Assembly: GCF_000143415.4 (NCBI RefSeq)
Contig: NW_003314264.1
Coordinates: 4,081,229-4,145,228, forward strand
Length of the DNA stretch: 64,000 bases
Source: Selaginella moellendorffii
Taxonomy: Eukaryota; Plantae; Lycopodiophyta
Direction of reading: 5' to 3'
Position numbers and translations under genes: made by a program. Below, one piece after another: positions 63,034 to 64,000 of this stretch. Numbering within the stretch: the stretch's first letter is position 1; each line of letters begins with the position of its first letter. Below the pieces are notes generated by a model. That model searched no databases. It had not been told where the DNA came from and saw only the letters and a list, made by a program, of their open reading frames with translations.

Positions 63034-63454
63034 ATGCACAAGGACACGATCTTGAAGCTTGCCAGGGGATTCCGGGGCCGCGCCAAGAACTGCATCCGAA
63101 TCGCCCGCGAGCGCGTCGAGAAGGCGCTGCAGTATGCGTATCGCGATCGGCGCAGCAAAAAGAGGGACATGCGCAGCCTGTGGATCATGAGGATCAATGC
63201 GGGCGCGCGGATCTATGGGGTAAGCTCTCACATTCTCGTTTTGAGAGATTTTTTCGAGAGATTCATCGCTGGTCTCGCAGCTGAGGTACAGTAATTTCAT
63301 GCACGGCCTCAATCGCGAGAACATCCAGCTCAATCGCAAGGTTCTTTCCGAGATCGCGATGAACGAGCCCTACTCCTTCAAATGCTTGGCGGATATCAGC
63401 GATCAAGCCATCAAGGCCAAGGCCGCCGCTGCCAGGCCCAAGCTTGTCCCTTGA
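63034..63454 (+). CDS. RPL20: Mitochondrial-type 50S ribosomal protein L20 (exons 63034-63219, 63281-63454)
   Basis: [46 protein letters not shown] and [10 protein letters not shown]. Confidence 0.93.
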
Positions 63455-63537
63455 GAAAAAAAAAAAAAGGAAAACGAACTAGGCCTATTTGGCCCCAAGA
63501 ATTTTAGGGTTCTTCGTCTTCTCCAGGGTTTGGATCG

Positions 63538-64000
63538 ATGAGTGGCGGTACGCTATCGGATGTCTACCAGCAAGCTCGCGTCTCCCTCTTCAAAGTACGC
63601 GATGGTTTGGAGAGGCTAGAGCGCTTAGAATGCTCCACCAGTAGCAGTAGCAGTAGCCCCCGCGATGGGACTCTCTCCGGATCCGAGATCACCCAGTCAG
63701 TGAAGCGTGATCTAGGCCAACTCCAGAAGTATAGCGAGGAACTCGATCAACTGTGGCGGCTCCAGCTCCAAAAATCTCAGCGAGACTTGTGGAAACGGTG
63801 AGTTTTAGATCTCTTTCTTGGTTTGTACTTGATCTTGCTGTGGATCGATAGGAAAGTAGAACAGGTCCTTGAGGAAGCTGATTCCTTGAGGCTTGGACTG
63901 GAAAAGTATCTTGGTCGCCAGCATCGACGTCAGATAGAGGCACAAGAGCGAGCGGATCTTTTCAGGAGAATGGTTGGCCTTTTGATTCCTTTCATCTATA
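63538..64000 (+). CDS. MEMB11: Membrin (Qb-SNARE, GOSR2 family), 5' part; runs off the right edge
   Basis: TLSDVYQQA...RDGLERLERLE, QRDLWKR/KVEQV.EEADSL and ERADL motifs. Confidence 0.88.

Overview
Gene-dense, intron-rich plant nuclear DNA. Introns of about 50-90 nt, very short intergenic spaces and PLS-class PPR genes point to a lycophyte such as Selaginella (inference). In order: 3' end of a 2OG-Fe(II) dioxygenase, tRNA-Leu(CAG), a 2OGD pseudogene, two tandem GH31 alpha-glucosidases, a ferrochelatase without the C-terminal CAB domain, STMP1/DUF4535, a two-exon PSY-type sulfated-peptide precursor that the ORF track misses, an S40 senescence regulator, NADP-malic enzyme, and an LRR protein with a decayed duplicate. 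A TE-rich block (about 19-37 kb) holds LINE-like debris, further 2OGD copies, a Gypsy element with an inverted older copy, and a Copia element whose YVDD segment is inverted. After it come a PLS-PPR, three GARP/MYB factors (two MYB-CC), an At5g63040-like membrane protein, a PPR-DYW, YCF54, a Ser-rich protein, a small tandem family of unknown secreted Leu-rich proteins, a RanBP2 zinc-finger protein, FtsHi4, mitochondrial L20 and a partial membrin. The strongest non-obvious signals are two dense clusters of PHR-binding P1BS elements (GNATATNC): 8 in front of a divergent MYB-CC gene and 5 in front of NADP-ME. Together they suggest a phosphate-starvation regulatory circuit. The hidden PSY-like peptide gene is the other main find. 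Exon models were derived by hand and family calls rest on recalled motifs; no database search was run.
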